A stretch of 64,000 bases of DNA from Eledone cirrhosa (Eukaryota), in assembly GCA_964016885.1 (NCBI GenBank), contig OZ024746.1, positions 19,034,001 through 19,098,000 on the forward strand, given 5' to 3'. Of the stretch, positions 63,096 to 64,000 are shown in pieces. Under the pieces are notes generated by a model that did not search any database, was not told the origin of the DNA, and saw nothing but the letters and a program-made list of their open reading frames with translations. The translations under genes were made by a program, and so were the position numbers. Position 1 is the first letter of the stretch. Every line of letters begins with the position of its first letter.

Positions 63096-63539
63096 CAACT
63101 AGTTTTTAATAATGATAAAAATGTTTTAAGACAGCCTGCTGTAATCATTCCATCAACAGAAAGTCTATAAAATCTTAAAACAAACATCTTAAATGTATAT
63201 AATTTCTCTTGCACTAATACTTGTGCCAGATTAACAACTTTAATGATAAGAGTAACAATTAAAAAACATAGCAAAACATTTTCTTTTCAAAGCTATTTAC
63301 CCTACTAAGCTGTTTACATATCAGCACATCTTCACTATTTGATAGAGGATTATGTACTTGTTTAATAGGGAGAAGAAAGTAATGAATAAAATCATTTAGC
63401 AAACAAGATATATCTATCTATAAATAAAAGTTTATTAGATAATCTTAACTGACATGAATTTGTGTCAGCAAAATTAAACTTACATTTTTCATTACATATT
63501 TTGGTTGGCATAAGTTAAGAACATATAGCAATATATATA

Positions 63540-63747
63540 CAGGGTGTTTCGAAAAAAGTAGATATCATTTGAGATGTAAACAACCCAGAAACTACAGTCT
63601 TAAACAGGACTGAACAGGCTTAATGTTGAGCAAGATAAGATTTATTCCTCAAACATTTGTCAACATTATAACACTAATTCACAATATATAGTGGTCATTT
63701 CCAGAATATTTACATCACAAATGATATCTAATTTTTTAAACACCTTG
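63540..63747. mobile_element. Tc1/mariner-type MITE
   Basis: TA|CAGGGTGTTT..AAAAA.TAGATATCATTTG ... CAAATGATATCTAATTTTTTAAACACCTTG|TA. Confidence 0.85.
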
Positions 63748-64000
63748 TACTCTGTTCACAGTTTATATAATAAGTGTACTCAAGCAAACTTATTTAATCT
63801 AATCATAAGAAAACACATTTATGTTGTTTAGCCTTGGGTCAGAACAGATCAAGTAGACCTATGATAAAAAGCATTGACCAAGCTATGACCATCCAACCAT
63901 TTCTGTTTCAGGCTTAGTGTATCTAATACTATAAGACAATAGGATGCAATTTTAGGGAAATTTACCAATTAGTTCTTGCAGGCTAGGTGACCACATTGAG

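Overview
AT-rich, repeat-dense eukaryotic DNA. The SINE families (CORE-type tRNA SINEs, a SINE carrying the GCCTTTCATCC..GGGGTCGATAAAATAAAGTACC domain, and (GAT)n-tailed SINEs), the RTE LINE fragments and the microsatellites point to an octopod cephalopod genome, intronic or intergenic (inference from recalled repeat families). No intact protein-coding gene is recognisable, and the supplied ORFs are microsatellite or transposon artefacts. Mobile DNA includes dozens of SINEs, RTE, Dong/R4, CRE, L1/Tx1-like and Penelope-like fragments, a mariner transposase remnant, mariner, piggyBac and hAT MITEs, and a complete non-autonomous Helitron. Most notable: (1) a 3.07-kb array of 33 x 92-bp units, each a SINE/tRNA-derived Pol III head with A and B boxes and no T4 terminator; (2) three independent loci where two different SINE subfamilies sit head-to-tail and share one target-site sequence present three times, suggesting re-insertion at the same site; (3) a Penelope-type minimal hammerhead core; (4) an ETS/CpG promoter-like island near 46.6 kb with candidate small minus-strand exons downstream. 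SINE and LINE boundaries are approximate.
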